In this document: in pieces, positions 62,601 to 64,000 of the stretch
Numbering within the stretch: position 1 is the stretch's first letter
How the letters are laid out: each line of letters begins with the position of its first letter
DNA from: Dendrobates tinctorius
Taxonomy: Eukaryota
Direction: 5' to 3'
Assembly (NCBI RefSeq): GCF_039654945.1
Contig: NW_027361699.1
Location: forward strand, 21,018,001 to 21,082,000
DNA length: 64,000 nt
Program-made: the position numbers and the translations under genes
The notes under the pieces: generated by a model
Database searches by the model: none
Seen by the model: the letters and a program-made list of their open reading frames with translations, nothing else
What the model was told of the DNA's origin: nothing

Positions 62601-64000
62601 GATGCGGGGAAAAATAGGGATGTGCAGGTAGGCATCCTGGACATCGATCGAGGCCAAATATTCTCCCTGCTCCATGGACGATATGACTGACCGGAGAGAT
62701 TCCATGCGAAAATGCCTGACTCTGATGAACCTGTTCAGGAGCTTTAGGTTCAGAACCGGCCTTACTGTTCCGTCCTTCTTGGGGACCGCGAACAGGTTGG
62801 AAGAAAATCCTTGGGTTCTTTCGCACTCTGGTACAGGGACAATGACCCCGTTGCGCTGAAGAACCCTGATGGCCCCTAGCAATGCCTCTGCCCGGGATTC
62901 CGATTTGGGAAGACGGGAACGAAAAAATCATCTTGGAGAATCCCCGACAAATTCTATTTTGTACCCGGATGACACTAATTCCGCCACCCATGCGTCGTGT
63001 GCCACTTCGACCCAGACGTGGCGGAACCTGAGCAGACGTCCGCCTACTGTCTTCGGGTACCTGATGCCCCGAGTCATTTTGCTGAGGGCCTCTGGGACCT
63101 GGCCCCCCTTGACCTGGGCGGTCGGCGCCGCATCCTACCCAGCGGGTTGGTTCTAAACGTGACCTGACGCTCCTTGTCCTGGTTGTAGCGAATTGGGGTG
63201 GAAGAACTGGACGCTGTTGCCCATCCGGGGGTGCGAAATGCTCGAAAGTGCGCCTGAGACTGACGAAAAGGCAGTCTAATATTCTGCTGTGGGAGAAAGC
63301 TGCTCTTTCCCCCTGTGGCATCCGAAATGAGTTTGTCTAATTTCTCACCAAATAGCCGGTTACCCTGATATGGCAGGGAAGTTAACGATTTCTTAGAAAT
63401 CGAATCAGCCCGCCACAGCCTTAGCCAGAAGGCTCTTCTAATGGCGATAGCATTTGCCGCCGCTAGTGCCACGCAATTAGCCGCATCCAAGGACACATTA
63501 AATAGTCCCCCGCCATCGCGATCTGATTTGCTATCTCAGACACCTCCGTCGGCAAGTCTCTATCTTGTAGGACTTTATTCAAAGAATCTGACCATGACAT
63601 CATGGCTTTGGCTACCCATGTTGCTGCAAATGAAGGAGAGAGCGCTGCTCTTGATGCCTCATACACCGAGCGGGCTAAACCTTCTATGAGCCGATCCGTG
63701 GGGTCCTTAATGGAAGAACTGACAACAGGGATCTTGAGGTCAGGCATGACACTGGGGGATCCACCACCGGACATTCTGTCCATCTCTTACAGGCTCTGGT
63801 GCAAACGGGTATCTCGTTTCTAGCGTCTTTTGTCCTGAAAAGCGCTTGTCTGGACGTTCCCTGTGCCACTGCACTCGAACTGTGGATGAGTGCTAAACAC
63901 TCTGTGGTCGCCTGGCCTTCTTAAAGGATATCTTATGCCCTGCGGTTAGGGACACATCCTCCTCAATACCAAGAGTCTGATTGACAGCTTCAATGAGACT
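59699..64000 (-). mobile_element. DIRS1-like retrotransposon, copy 3 (5' part outside the window)
   Basis: Terminal AAA at 59699-59701; ICR 60015-60120 (aaatccatg-TTT-ctccttcg); YR 60179-61200 (TSIRRVSEL, HSTR, FSKHY); RT YLDD, RH and MT 61200-63050; gag remnants above 63074. Confidence 0.95.

Noticed and set aside
63040-63080. ATGA stop-start overlap suggesting reinitiation of RT in DIRS copy 3
   Set aside because: Comparison with copy 2 (PEDTPPVGG vs PEDS/VGG) suggests a small deletion created this frame relationship

Overview
Eukaryotic, repeat-rich genomic DNA; the repeat repertoire suggests a frog (inference). The only host gene is tjp2 (ZO-2) on the minus strand. Nine consecutive GT-AG coding exons (59156 down to 10795; 1547 nt, splice phases chain correctly) cover the end of PDZ1 through PDZ2 and PDZ3, and both gene ends lie outside the window. 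The introns are mostly nested transposons. Retroelements: three DIRS1-like tyrosine-recombinase retrotransposons (all sense to tjp2, TTT targets, visible ICRs), a Penelope-like RT fragment, three Penelope-derived fold-back elements carrying hammerhead-ribozyme motifs, and a Gmr1-type gypsy remnant with integrase before RT. DNA transposons: Tc1-type elements of three catalytic classes (intact DD34E, intact DD36E/Incomer-like, decayed DD37E/TRT-like), a hAT element with its own MITE, two non-autonomous Helitrons, a 14.7-kb self-nested stack of TTAA piggyBac-like elements, and many MITEs. The most novel-looking signals are (i) hammerhead-bearing palindromes whose ribozyme is sense in the tjp2 pre-mRNA and, in two cases, preceded by its own antisense copy, and (ii) a splice-donor-like hairpin at DIRS 3' ends, one only 122 nt from a tjp2 acceptor. 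No prokaryote-type systems were seen. All calls come from manual reading; no database searches were run.
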